In this document: one piece after another, positions 50,988 to 62,785 of the stretch
Position numbering within the stretch: position 1 is the stretch's first letter
Layout: every line of letters starts with the position of its first letter
Assembly: GCF_000143415.4 (NCBI RefSeq)
Contig: NW_003314263.1
Span: 1,886,749 to 1,950,748 of the forward strand
DNA length: 64,000 bases
Source of the DNA: Selaginella moellendorffii
Lineage: Eukaryota > Plantae > Lycopodiophyta
Reading direction: 5' to 3'
The notes under the pieces: generated by a model
Told to the model about the DNA's origin: nothing
The model's database searches: none
What the model saw: the letters and a program-made list of their open reading frames with translations, nothing else
Program-made: the position numbers and the translations under genes

Positions 50988-53052
50988 TTAGCAGCGTGGA
51001 TAATCCGGTGGGGGTGCCTGGATCGATTGCAAAGGTCCCTCGCCGTTCTCGACGATGAGAACAGTGTCCAATCCCCAAGTAGTGTGGATATCTAAGTGAC
51101 AATGCATAAACCACACTCCTGCGAATGGAGAACAAGGTATGAGAATTTCAAGAAAGATGGCGAAGGGGAAACTAACCTGGATTGTTTGCTATCAATCTTA
51201 TAGCTGCCCAACCTTTGAGAGGAACCGAGATGGTGTTTCGAAGAGGAGGATCCACCAGGTTGAAGTTGGCTTGGTACTTTTTCTTGTAGTTTCCAAAGCC
51301 TTGGCCGACGATGAAGAAGTCATAGCCGTGGAGATGAATTGGATGGCTTTCAGCGTTGACAAGGCTCGTCCCCTGGAGAATTATCTGCACGCTACTGCCG
51401 TAAGGTATGATCCGAGCTTTCGTCCCGTTCTTCGAGTTTAAGTTCCTCAGTGGCCTTCCAGTGTAGTCGAACTTAACCGGCGGCTTGGTCGAGAAATCCT
51501 TGGTGAAGACGTTCATCAGCTTGTTGGTGTAGTAAGCACCGAGAATGGAGCTTCTCGGCGAGACGTAAGTGATGTTGTTGATGGACGCGGCAAATCTTCC
51601 CCCATTTCCTTGGCAGCTCGAGTTTGGAGCTCCCCTCGGACAATCCTCACGGTTGAGTCCCACGGTGAAGAACAAGTGCCGGTCGACTTTCACGGGTACT
51701 GTTGGGAGCTCCTCGGTTAGTAAGCCTCTGAGCTTGCTGTTGAAGCTCACCACCTTTCTCGTGTCGTTAAACGCAGGGAGCCTTGGCAGCCCCGAGAAGA
51801 AAGACGAAGGAGACGATTTGTATCTGATGATCCCGGCGGTGGTCGTGTTGTCGAATGGATTCTGGGGGACTGCGGCTGCGTAGGCCGAGGCCGCCATGAA
51901 GTACTGGCCGGGAGTTTGATCCGCGGTGAAGAGTACGTTTGTCGTCTGTCCGGGAGTGATGACGATATAGTCGGTTTCAAAAGGCTGTTGATACGAGGCA
52001 TCGGCTTCCACCACCGTCAACTTGTGATTGGCGATGCCGAAGAAGAGATCGGTGTTCATCGCAGCATTTATGATACGTAGGAGGTACGTTTTCCCTTGCT
52101 CCACATCGAGTGCGTATACATCTGGCAGGAGAAATTGGAGTCTGACATGAGAAAATTTACTCTTTTCATTACCGTTTCCAGAGCAATTGTAGAGAGGCCC
52201 GGGGAGGCCATTGATGGTAAAAGCATCCGAGACGTTTGGACCACCGCCGGATGCTAAAGCTTGATTCAAGACGGCTTGGACGTCCGATTGCCACCATTCA
52301 CCTGTAAGTTCTTTTAAGTTAGCTTTTCTTCTCTTCTTCCTTACCTAGGAGGATTGGTACTTCAGCGTCTGGTGCTGGGAATGGAAAGCTCGATCCAGGC
52401 CTTGGGTGGATAATCAGCGCACCATAGACTGTGGCCCTCATCCACCGAATGTGAGCATGCCACCAAAGAGTTCCTCGCTGGTTTTTTATCACGAATTTGT
52501 ACGTGTAGGAGCTTCCAGATTGGATTGGACACTGCGTGACATAAGCAGGGCCGTCGTACCAGCCAGTTCGATTCTGGAAAACTCCATGCCTGCGTCAAAG
52601 TCACGTCAGCAAGCTACTCCTCTTCGTTTCTTCTAGTTTTTAATCAGGAGTGCTTGGATCAAAACCGAGCATTTGGCAAGAACACGATGGAGTACGTGAG
52701 AAAAGTTTTTTATGGGATTGAAAACGAGATTTTACCAGTGGAGTGTGATGTTCTCCGGGACCTGGTTATTGACCTTGACAACGAGCATGTCTCCTTCATC
52801 GAGGTGAATCTCGGGCCCCGGAAACTGTCCATTGACGTTAACGATGTTCTTCGTACTGCAGAGTCTAGTAACTTGCGATCTTGTGATCTGCAATGAGAAA
52901 ACTTCAAGAGCTCGAAGAACAACACAACTTGACAAACTTACATTAAACTCGTAGAACCTTTCTATCTCGACCGGATTGGCATGAGAAGCAAGAGAAAAAC
53001 TCAGCAGAATTGCCGAGAATATTGGAACGAGCATCCATCCTTCGAGCTGCAT
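50988..53052 (-). CDS. Laccase (multicopper oxidase)
   Basis: [12 protein letters not shown] signal peptide; [30 protein letters not shown]; APPPDYPRC*. Confidence 0.95.
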
Positions 53053-53858
53053 TGCCTCTTCCCGACTCAAAGAGAAATGCTATAACTCCTTCCGATTAAA
53101 AAGCCAAGGAGCAAACGCAAGAGAGAAAGAGAAACCAACGAGCAGCTCGAGAAGTGACTCTTCATGAGAAATCAAGCGTCTGTATATATACTCTCTCGAC
53201 TTGATTGCTCGGCAAGCAACGAGAAACCCGCGTGAGGCTTTCATCCACGATCGATTCAAGGTGGAATTTCCAGAAAAGCTGCTATCTCACCACTTTTTTC
53301 TCCTTCTTCTTCTTTCTTTTCATCGCTTCTTCAAAGTCAGGCACTAGTTGTAGGCGCTCTTTGAGCTTTTGACAAGGTCAGCTTGGAGGAAACCACGAAG
53401 AACTGGAGAAAAAGACTGGTAACTAGACAAGTCCTCTAACGGAATAGAGAAACCATTGTCTCACAGCCCAAGGTGCTTGAATCGCGAACGAGTTCCATAG
53501 AATTCTTCTCGGTGGGTGATGAAAGCGATACCTTGCGGCTGTGGAGGGATTTCCAGAGAAGAAACAAATTCGTGCTGCAAAAGAGAGATTTTGGAGGTCG
53601 CCGGGTCTATCCAGAAAACTATAGATGATCGCTTTCGCGGTCGCTAGATCAAAGTTTCTTTTGGAAGAAGGACTTCGAGGACACGGTAGAATCATTCAAC
53701 CAGAGTATGGTCAAAAGATCTCTTTTCGTAAAGGGATGGTACGAACGACCCAGCACATTTGCCGTACGAAAAGAATATTCTTGTCTTGTGCTCTAGGGAT
53801 TGCTCCATTTGCTAGGGTTTGTGGATTTTTTGCGGCAGGGCAGCTCGAGAGATCCGGG

Positions 53859-54678
53859 ATGGCCGATCGGGAAGACGAGGAGACTGTGGCAGCGGCGGAG
53901 GAGCACGGCGCTGGCGCCGGGGAGGAGGAGGACACTGGCGCACAGATCGCGCCGATTGTGCGCCTTGAGGAAGTGGCTGTGAAAACCGGGGAGGAGAATG
54001 AGGAGGTGCTACTGGATATGTGAGTGATCTGCTTGGATTTGTGAGTTCTTTGTGTGAAAGGATGGATTTTTTTTCTCTAGGAAGGCGAGGCTGTACAGGT
54101 ATGATCAGGTGTGGAAGGAGCGGGGGACCGGCGTGATCAAGATTTTGAAGGACAAGGAGACGAACAAGACGAGAGTACTGATGCGACAGAACAAGACGCT
54201 GAAGATCTGTGCGAATCACTACTGTGAGTGGAAGAAACTCGGAACTTGCATTGTACTGATCTTCATTTCCTTTTCTAGTGGTTCCTGGAATGACTTTGCA
54301 AGAGCATGCTGGCAGTGACAAGAGCTGGGTATGGCACGCGATGGATTACTCCGACGGCGAAGTGAAGAAGGAGCTTTTGTGTGTCCGATTCGGCAGCGTC
54401 GAGAGTAAGCACACCACCTTTCTCTTTCTCGACGTGTTAAATCGTTTGGTTTTCCAGATGCCCAGAGATTCAAGGACATCTACGTGGAGCGCACTGAGGA
54501 GCAAGGCGAGAAGAAGGCGACCGAAGAAGAGAGCAAGGAGGAGTCCAAAGTGGCCGAGACGCTGGAGAAGCTGTCCGTGAAGGATCTCTCGTCCGACCCT
54601 GTCAAGTCCGCTGCTAACGACGACGAGAAGGAGAAGCCAGCGGTCGACGACGTGAAAGCCGACGGTAAGAAAGAATGA
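53859..54678 (+). CDS. RANBP1: Ran-binding protein 1, 4 exons
   Basis: [73 protein letters not shown]. Confidence 0.93.
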
Positions 54679-54935
54679 GAAGTTGGGGGAGAGAGGGGAG
54701 CACACGGGGGCATTTGGTTCGTCTTCGTCGTCATATCACAGCCGTCGTAGCTAGAGAGAGTTCTTAGTTCTTGGTCGGTCAGGCATAGCCGGGTTCTCGC
54801 AGAGAATTTTTACTTCCTTGTCCAGTGCACTACCATGTCATCACGAGAGAGAGGAGAGAAGGAAGAGTCGTCTCTTTGTCGTCGTTTCTTGGAAGATTTT
54901 TAAGACGTGTATTGATTTTTGCATCGCTAGCTAGA

Positions 54936-56591
54936 TCACTCGTTCGTAGGCTCTGGCAGTGTCGTCTTGGCTCTCAGTTCCGCGAGTTCTTGCTTGAACT
55001 TGACGTAGGCAGTCTTCATGGAGGATATCATCTTCCTCGCCTCGGTGTCTCGGCGTAGTATCTCTCGCAGTTCCGCCCGTAGACGTCGAATCTCCAGCCT
55101 TTGCTGTGTCACTAGATCGTCCCCGCTTGTCATGGTTTGAACCCCAGCGTCTTGTTTCTCTACGGAGTGTCTAGCTCCAGCGTCTCGTTCCTCGGTTAGC
55201 ATCTTTCCAGCGTTCGATCCATCTCCTTCCAGTTCTTCTCTAGTGTTTACGTCCTCCTGTGGCGGCTGGACTTTGATTTCCATCGCTTGCTCTTGAGAGT
55301 GTGCTTCCAGGTTCTCGAGCTCCACGTTCCTGTTGTCACCGCTAGCTCCATCCTCGGTTACAGCGTTCGATCCATCTTCTCCCGCTTCTTTTCTGGTGTT
55401 TACGTCCTGGACTTCGATCTCCATCGCTTGTTCTTGAGAGTGTGCTTCCAGGTCCTCGTTCCTGATGTCACCATTCTCCTTAACTTCGAGAATTTGAGCG
55501 TCACCATTCTTGTTAGCTTCGAGTGTTTCTTCATCCCTTTCAACTTCCACGCTTGTTCTTCCCGGTTCTTCATTGATTCCTTGTTGTCCTCGCTGTTCTT
55601 CGCTTGTTCCTTGCTTTTCTTCGCTTGTTCTTCCCTGTTCTACGCAAACTCTTGACAGCGTCATCGTACCGCGAGGCTCAACACTCTCGCCGAGCTTGCT
55701 CCTGATGATCTTGGTCAGCCACTCTCCATACTCAAACGCGAGCTTCCTTCCTTTGCTCTTGGTGATGGCAATAGTGGCCGTGGCACGGACGATCATCCTC
55801 GCCAGGAACTCGGCCCATCGCATCTTAACTCCCATCCTGTACGACTTGTCCAGCGCCAGCACCATCTCGGCCGAGAGGAGATGGTAGGAATCGTTCTTAC
55901 ACTCGAGCTTGGCCATGAGCATGGTCGCGATGGCTTGCATCTCCTGGACGTGATCTCCAAACGCCAAGTGCTGGATCGAGTAGCCCCGCGTCCTCTTCTC
56001 CTTGGCATCGGTCATCACCTTTCGGAGCGCCAGCTCCTGGGCCTTGCTCGGAGCTCCCGGCGTTATCTCATCGTCACCGAGCGGTAACCCGGTAGCCTCG
56101 GCCACGCTCGCGGCGTCCACCACCACCACCTTTCCTTGGACGATCCCACTCGCGGCTTTGACGTCGAAAGTGGCGAGGAACTCGTCGCAGAGGGGCTTGT
56201 CTAGATCTGGCACTGGCTCCCTCGCGAATCTCTCCAGTCCCATGCGTGAGAGGAGATCCAGAGCTCGCGGCTCCTTGAGGATGGGAAGATCAAACACCCA
56301 GGCCTTGCGGTATGTGAAACCGCCGGTTCGGAGGCGCGAGCACGAAGAAGATGGTGGTGGTGTGCGATCATATCGGATCGCTTTGATCGAAGAAGCTGGC
56401 GATGGATTCTCTGCCGGAGGAGGAGCTGTGGCTTTCTCGGCTTTCTTCCGCCGCTGGAAAGTCTTGAGAACCTTCGAGTTTGTCGGGGAGCCATCGTTGC
56501 CCCGATTGAAGAGCTTCCGCTTGCGAGCTTTTCCATCCCTCTGGAGATCCACGAGCAGAGATCGAAAGCACGGCGCCACATTTCTTGTCAA
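54936..56591 (-). CDS. Hypothetical protein with a plant-transposon/retrotransposon accessory-ORF-like domain, acidic repeats and a C-terminal coiled coil
   Basis: 551-codon ORF. LLSRMGLERFARE..LCDEFLATFD..IVQGKVVVVDAASVAEATGLP resembles accessory ORFs of plant retroelements. Internal duplicated block LEAHSQEQAMEI.VQ..DVNTR..E..DGSNA. True start unresolved. Confidence 0.55.
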   Translation of the reverse strand: MTRNVAPCFRSLLVDLQRDGKARKRKLFNRGNDGSPTNSKVLKTFQRRKKAEKATAPPPAENPSPASSIKAIRYDRTPPPSSSCSRLRTGGFTYRKAWVFDLPILKEPRALDLLSRMGLERFAREPVPDLDKPLCDEFLATFDVKAASGIVQGKVVVVDAASVAEATGLPLGDDEITPGAPSKAQELALRKVMTDAKEKRTRGYSIQHLAFGDHVQEMQAIATMLMAKLECKNDSYHLLSAEMVLALDKSYRMGVKMRWAEFLARMIVRATATIAITKSKGRKLAFEYGEWLTKIIRSKLGESVEPRGTMTLSRVCVEQGRTSEEKQGTSEEQRGQQGINEEPGRTSVEVERDEETLEANKNGDAQILEVKENGDIRNEDLEAHSQEQAMEIEVQDVNTRKEAGEDGSNAVTEDGASGDNRNVELENLEAHSQEQAMEIKVQPPQEDVNTREELEGDGSNAGKMLTEERDAGARHSVEKQDAGVQTMTSGDDLVTQQRLEIRRLRAELREILRRDTEARKMISSMKTAYVKFKQELAELRAKTTLPEPTNE

Positions 56592-59136
56592 GAAAATTTT
56601 CCTCCTTTCTTCCTTGAGGGGACGAGCTTCGTTCTCTTGAATCTAGAAATGCCAAGAGAGTCCAATGCAGGAGAGAAGAAAAGCACGAAACGAAACTTAC
56701 ATGTGTTTCCTCGCAGCCCAAGTGAAGGATCAAAGCGACCTCATCGTCATCATCCACAGCTTCCACCCTTTCCCCGAGTGGGAGAGGGCAAACATGCGCC
56801 AGACCTCCGAGAATATTCTCTCGTGTGGAGCTTTTTCATTACTATTTCTTGTACTTCACAATAATATTTCTTGTAGTTCGTGATAGGCTTTAAGAACTGA
56901 TAATATATTTCCAGAATTTTCAGCTTTTAATATGAATTGTAGTATAATTAAATAATTAGTATTATTAACTTTTATAATAAACTTGTGAAAAATTAACATA
57001 AATATACACTTATGAGTATTTTATGAAATGAAAAGTTTTCATGTCTTTTAAATATTAGTTTTGGCATATATGAATATATTATTTTATAAGTTTTAATTTC
57101 AATATTGAATAAATAATTGATTTCTATATTTAATCTCATATATCATTGTTTCCATTTTGCATATATTTAAACAAATTTATTGTAGTTATATATTGCCAAA
57201 AAATTTACAGATTTTTTTAATTATAAAACAAATAGAAAATACTTTAGGAAATTGAAAGTATTAATAAAAAAAACTATTAAATGTAAAAAAACTAATTAAG
57301 TGTTATTCTTCTATCGAAAAGGCATCACTTGAGAATATAAATGCTAGAGTATTAATATTCATTCGGAAGAGTATATAAATTGTGAGCAGTACATAAAAGT
57401 ATCTAAATGATGTTAAAAATACATAAGAAATTGGTAAACACCGTAATTTGGAACATAAGATTTTTGCCATGATGAACCATTTTTACACACACATGCTATT
57501 TTAAAAATTGAGCTATTTTTATTTATTAAGTGCATTAAATTGTATATGAATAACAATAATAAAAAATTCAGTTGAATGTAATTGACATCAATCATATTTA
57601 GCTTTAAAATAACATAAAAAAAAAATTTTTTTTACTAATATAAAATTTATATCCTTTTTACTAAACATTCAATCAAGAATATAGTAAAGAAATATTTTAA
57701 TGTTGCATTATTTGCTAAATTATACTCCTATACATTTTAACTTTTTTTTTGTAATGTTAAAATTTCTTCTTTTTATTTTTTAGAAATATTTGTATATCAA
57801 AGAGAAAACATCATTAAACTGATAGATATAATATGAATTGATAATATATTATTATATTATATATTTATAAATTCATCCAGGAAGGTTTTAAAATAAGTTG
57901 CACAAAATGTCATAAATGCCATATAAATTGAATATACATTGTTATACGATTGAATTTAGTATAACAGCCTTCTCTTTGTGAAACCCTTGTGATTGATTGC
58001 AGGATAAGGGTCCACACCGAGCAGAATAACGCACTCTAAATAAGTCTAGACCAAACTTAATCATTTCCATTATTTGTAAAAAAATTATTAAATATATAAT
58101 TGAAAGTGGTTTAGAAGGATAAAGATTGAAACAAAAAAGAATGGATTTTCTAATTGTTCATTATTAGAATTAAAAATGTTTTGTAATGAATTTGGTAAAG
58201 AAATTTTTAGGGCTTTATCCAAGAATCACCTTACAATATAACAAATTATTAAGATATTTATTTTATTTATATAGTTACATAAATCATGACTTTAATGCTT
58301 AAATAAAAATATATTAATTATAAAATATCATCAAAATTTAACAATATCTGATTTAATTAATTTAACTTTTAAGACCTATGGAGACTTATTAAATTTTATT
58401 TATATTATCTAACTAAGCTATTTTAGTCAATTTTTTTATTATAGTACTAACTTGACTATCCATAACAAATCCTTCTCTTTCATAACCCATTAGAAAATCA
58501 CATGAAAGTAAACATTTACTTAATCTTTCATAGATACAATCTTTATATATAATTTTTTATTCCAACTCCTTCAACATTAACACTATCTTGGAATGGCCTT
58601 TGAAAGGCTTGCAAATATAAGCTTGAGAATGATCTCATAAGCGATTTTTGTAACAACAACAACAAACACCATTGTGAATGAGATTCTCACAGCAATTTGA
58701 AAGTGTTTCTCCATGAGGAGCATTTTAGTGTGTGCTGTTATTGATTGAGCATTTGTAAGAACACAACACACAAACTGTAAAGTAAGCTTTGAATGGCAGG
58801 AAATCACTTTACCTGTCATTTGGACAGAATAGTTGATAGTTAAAACTAGGTTTTGCTAGTTCTTCAGCTTACCATGCTTGTTTAGTTTCTAAACTCCAGG
58901 CATACCTTGGAGAACTTCTTATAGAGCGAACAAGAGATAACGAGAGATAAAAAAAGATAAGAGAAGAGCTACGCTTCTTTTTGCTATTTGTGATATATTC
59001 CTAATTGTGATAAAGTTTCTTTATTAATTAAAAATTGTGAATACAAAAATGTGCATATTATATTAGCAAAACCAAACCAGTTTATTTATTTCGCATGATA
59101 TATAACTTCCTATTTACAGTGTACAAAAGTTGAAAG

Positions 59137-61272
59137 CTATGAAATCTTGGTCTCGGGTGGTCGTGGTTGCTCCCCCTCGGGAGGAGGAGTTTGCTCTGGA
59201 ACAACAGGCATGAATGGTCCACTCGTGCCTAAGCATGCCCCCTCCTCAGTGATTATGTGAGCTACTTGAATCAAAATCTCTTGCTGCGCTTTGAAGAAAG
59301 ATGGACCTCCCTGGATCGACGAAAACCAAAAACAAATCCTTGAACAGAAAGTAACACTTAGCGTGGAACTTACCGGAGCTCGAATGATACAAAGAAGTCC
59401 TATGTCGAGGCCGAGCGATCCCATGGACTTAAGGTAGCACATTGGAGGCTGGCTTCCCTTGTCGACTTCCTTGTGCCACCGCAAGTACTGGACAACGCGG
59501 TTAGTTATCTTCTCGATCAAGAAGATGTCCTGGTTTCTGACTTGAAATGTTGCCTCAAGCAGCTTGTCCTTTGCCCTGGAGTAATTGATAATCACCTGAA
59601 GAGAACAATGGCTGGATGAAACTAGTGAGAGATAGAAGTACGAGTTCTAAGTTTCTGAATGATTCACACCTGGTTGATAAAGGCTTGATTGGGAACGAGT
59701 ACGGGAACTTTGTCAAAACCAAGTAGCTTGGTTTGAAGAAAGCCAATGTCCTGGACTTCTCCCGAGAAAGAGCCAGCCTGCGTGTAGCAAATGTTTGGTA
59801 CATTTCCAGCTGTGGCCTGTAAAGTCACTCACCTTTATCCGCTCTCCAATAACGAATGGTCGTGTCATGAAAAGAATAGCCCCGCCAAAAACGTTGCTTA
59901 CAATCTCCTTTGCAGCCAGACCGACGGCCAAACCTGCGTAGAAAACGAAAAGATTAAAATAATCCAAAAAAATAAAAAAATAAAAAAAATTCGACGATGG
60001 CATAATACCAGATATACCACCGACAGCCAGCAACGAGCTCAATGCAAACCCACAAACTTCAGCAATACTTGATGCTGCCAAAAAATATAGAAACAACGAA
60101 GCCACCTTGTCGATTGCAACAACACGAGGCTGCAGCAAAACAGCTACATTAGCTGCTAAAAAAATGTCCAATCCTGATGAAGCTTACCGCATCAATTCTC
60201 GACTTTGAAGCAAGATGATCAACCATAATTCGCTTCCAGCGAAGTAAAAACCATATCACAGCAACAACGAGGCCAATGGCTCGGACTTTCCCGATCACAT
60301 AGTGACCAACCTTGAGCGGTGTAAGTACGTTGACACTGCAAAACAATTTCTAGTAAAAATTGTTTCTAGTAAAAATAGAGATTTGTTCACTCACAATCTT
60401 GTGGAAGCCCATAACAAAACTGTTAACTTGATCGGACCCCTCACTGCTGTAAAGCTGGAGTCTTCATAGTCTTCACTTTGTACCTCCTGCTGCTCCGGCT
60501 TTGTGTTCCTTATGTACAGCCTGTGTAAACATAATTTCGTCTAAGGACTGGCAAAAGATAAAACTTTGACAGAAAACTTACAACTTACTTATTCAGCCAC
60601 CGACAAAAGGAGTCGACTTTGATGAAGACAACATAAAAGAATCCAAAAATCAATGCTTCGCGCACGAAAATAATAGCCTGCAAAAGCAAAAAACGATGAG
60701 CGACAAGAGAAATCTCTTCCAGACCTGACGCTTACAAGATATTCGCTGCTGTGGAGACGCGAGTGGATTTTCACGGGCAGCCAGCTGAAAATGTCGAAGT
60801 TTTTCGGGAAGTACGGACTAAAGAGCGTCCGCAGCCTCCTGAAAATATAGCTACTCACACGGTCGAGGAAATTGTCGCTAAACTCCGCCACGCTCTCGAA
60901 AGGCTTGGCAATTGGAAAAGATGGCCGGTTTTCATTGTCCTTGTCCCTAGAACTCCCGGATGCCAAAGTCTTAGATCTCAAATGCCGCTTAAGCGTGAGC
61001 TCGTCACCTACAAAACGAGATGGTGGCAGCTGGAAGAAATGAAATATAAGTAGCACACTAACATAGAAAAAATATGTAAAGCTTACCTTGGAGGACGAAG
61101 AACAAGGACATCCAAAATTTCTAGGCATCGCAACGCATTCTCGTGTTACGATCCTTACGCTCTTGCTTCCAAATCCTCGCCGCCCTCCTCCGCCAAAATC
61201 CCTGGACGGCGCTGCTACTCTCATCCTCGCGCTCAAGCCATACCACTCCAACGATGAGGCTACGGAGGCCAT
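59137..61272 (-). CDS. Mechanosensitive ion channel of small conductance-like protein (MSL1-type, organellar), multi-exon
   Basis: Transit-peptide-like N-terminus; LLAVGGISGLAVGLAAKEIVSNVFGG..TRPFVIGERIK; VPNQAFINQVIINYSRA; QQEILIQVAHII. Confidence 0.88.
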
Positions 61273-62655
61273 TGCCGGAGAGACACATGCTTATAGACAC
61301 TCTCCCTTCTCCTCTTGCAGGGATTCAAGCTTTCTCGCGCGCGCACGGTGCTGGAGGAGCCATGGATTCAGGGAGAAGATTGTGACTCCCTGACCGCTGC
61401 CGCATTGCTATAAATCCCTACGAAACGGACGACGGATCCTCTTCATTCTCGAGCGCGCTGGAAACCCTAAGCGTGCAGAAATGTGCGAGGGATATTCGAA
61501 GGCGCCTTTAATTTGAAAACTACAAGTATGGTTTAGTTAATAAAAAAGTAAATATAAAGGTTTAAGATTATAAATAGTTTTTGAATATAAATGATAATTC
61601 AAGCCATTGATTGGGTTAAATTTCAACCATAGAAAAATAATATATTGAGAATGTTCTCAAACTCTGTCACATAGTTAATAAGATCAAAGGTAAAAAGGGT
61701 AAAATAAGCAGAAATCACTTTCAGCATAAAACTTTAATATAATGCTGCCATCTTTTGGATAAAATCATTCAGTTTTTTGTAAGTTATAAATTATACTGTT
61801 ACGTCAGTACACAACTTTTACACATGCTATATTAATATTCATACACTAAAAATCATAATTAATGAAAATATTTTTTTTTTAATTTTCTTAGTAAATTTAT
61901 TAACAGTTTCATCTAGTAGGTGTTGAAACCTCTAGAAATAGCTCAGTTCTTATTGCGATTCAATATACAGTTCCACCTCTATTATAAGGTTTTATGCATT
62001 TATCCCATATTACGTTTAAAGCGTTATCTATATCACTTCGAGTTACACTACTACGTATCCAGACAAATGCAGTTACTTTAATAAGACCACTAGTAAGAAT
62101 AATTTTCCAGTTCGATTTTGATTAAGGGAACTATAAATACGATTTTCACAATTACAAATATCTTCTTCAGAAAATCTTAAAGAATAAGGTAAAAATCCCC
62201 ATTTATATCCATCACTCAATGAGTATGCTTTGTTTAGCAGATAACATAAATGGAAAAAAACGTGAAAAATATTTCTTCATTTTCTCTACAAAATTATAAC
62301 CAAATCGCAAAAAGACATATATATTCACCTTCCATTTTTTGGATGGTAAAACCAAGACTAAATGGTCCACAGATGGAACATTTTAAATGTTAAATCTGGC
62401 CTTCGGTGATGCCATTTGAAATGGCTCCAAATTAGCCATTTGGTATGATAGTCTGCTGCATATAGCCATGGAAGCAAATGGAACCAGGTTAGTGAAAATG
62501 GGCAACATGAATGGATGATTCACCTAAAGTTCCTGGTCTGTTCTACAGTCAACAATTCAAACTTGTTTCCAAATATGTCCACGTGGCTGTTTGACTCGAC
62601 GTTTTTACGAGTTCTAAGACTCTTAGATATTAAAAGGTTAAGTTTCCTCAACCTT

Positions 62656-62726
62656 GCGCAGCTGGTGTAGTGGTATCATAGTACCCTCCCACGGTACTGA
62701 CCGGGGTTCGATTCCCCGGCTGCGCA
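62656..62726 (+). tRNA. trnG-CCC: tRNA-Gly (anticodon CCC)
   Basis: GCGCAGC/GCTGCGC acceptor stem, TGGTGTAGTGGT A-box, GTACC-CTCCCAC-GGTAC anticodon arm, GGTTCGATTCC B-box, TTTT terminator downstream. Confidence 0.95.
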
Positions 62727-62785
62727 ACTTTTGAAGTGTCTTTTTGAAAAAGTTTATAACTTTATGAGAGTCGCCTAGGTAGTGG

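Noticed and set aside
27815-53052. AKR + GlnRS paralogue + laccases as a biosynthetic gene cluster
   Set aside because: Interspersed with unrelated genes, with no scaffold-forming enzyme and no co-expression evidence.
56880-58850. Very AT-rich tract, possible non-autonomous TE
   Set aside because: No termini, TSD or coding motif could be identified.
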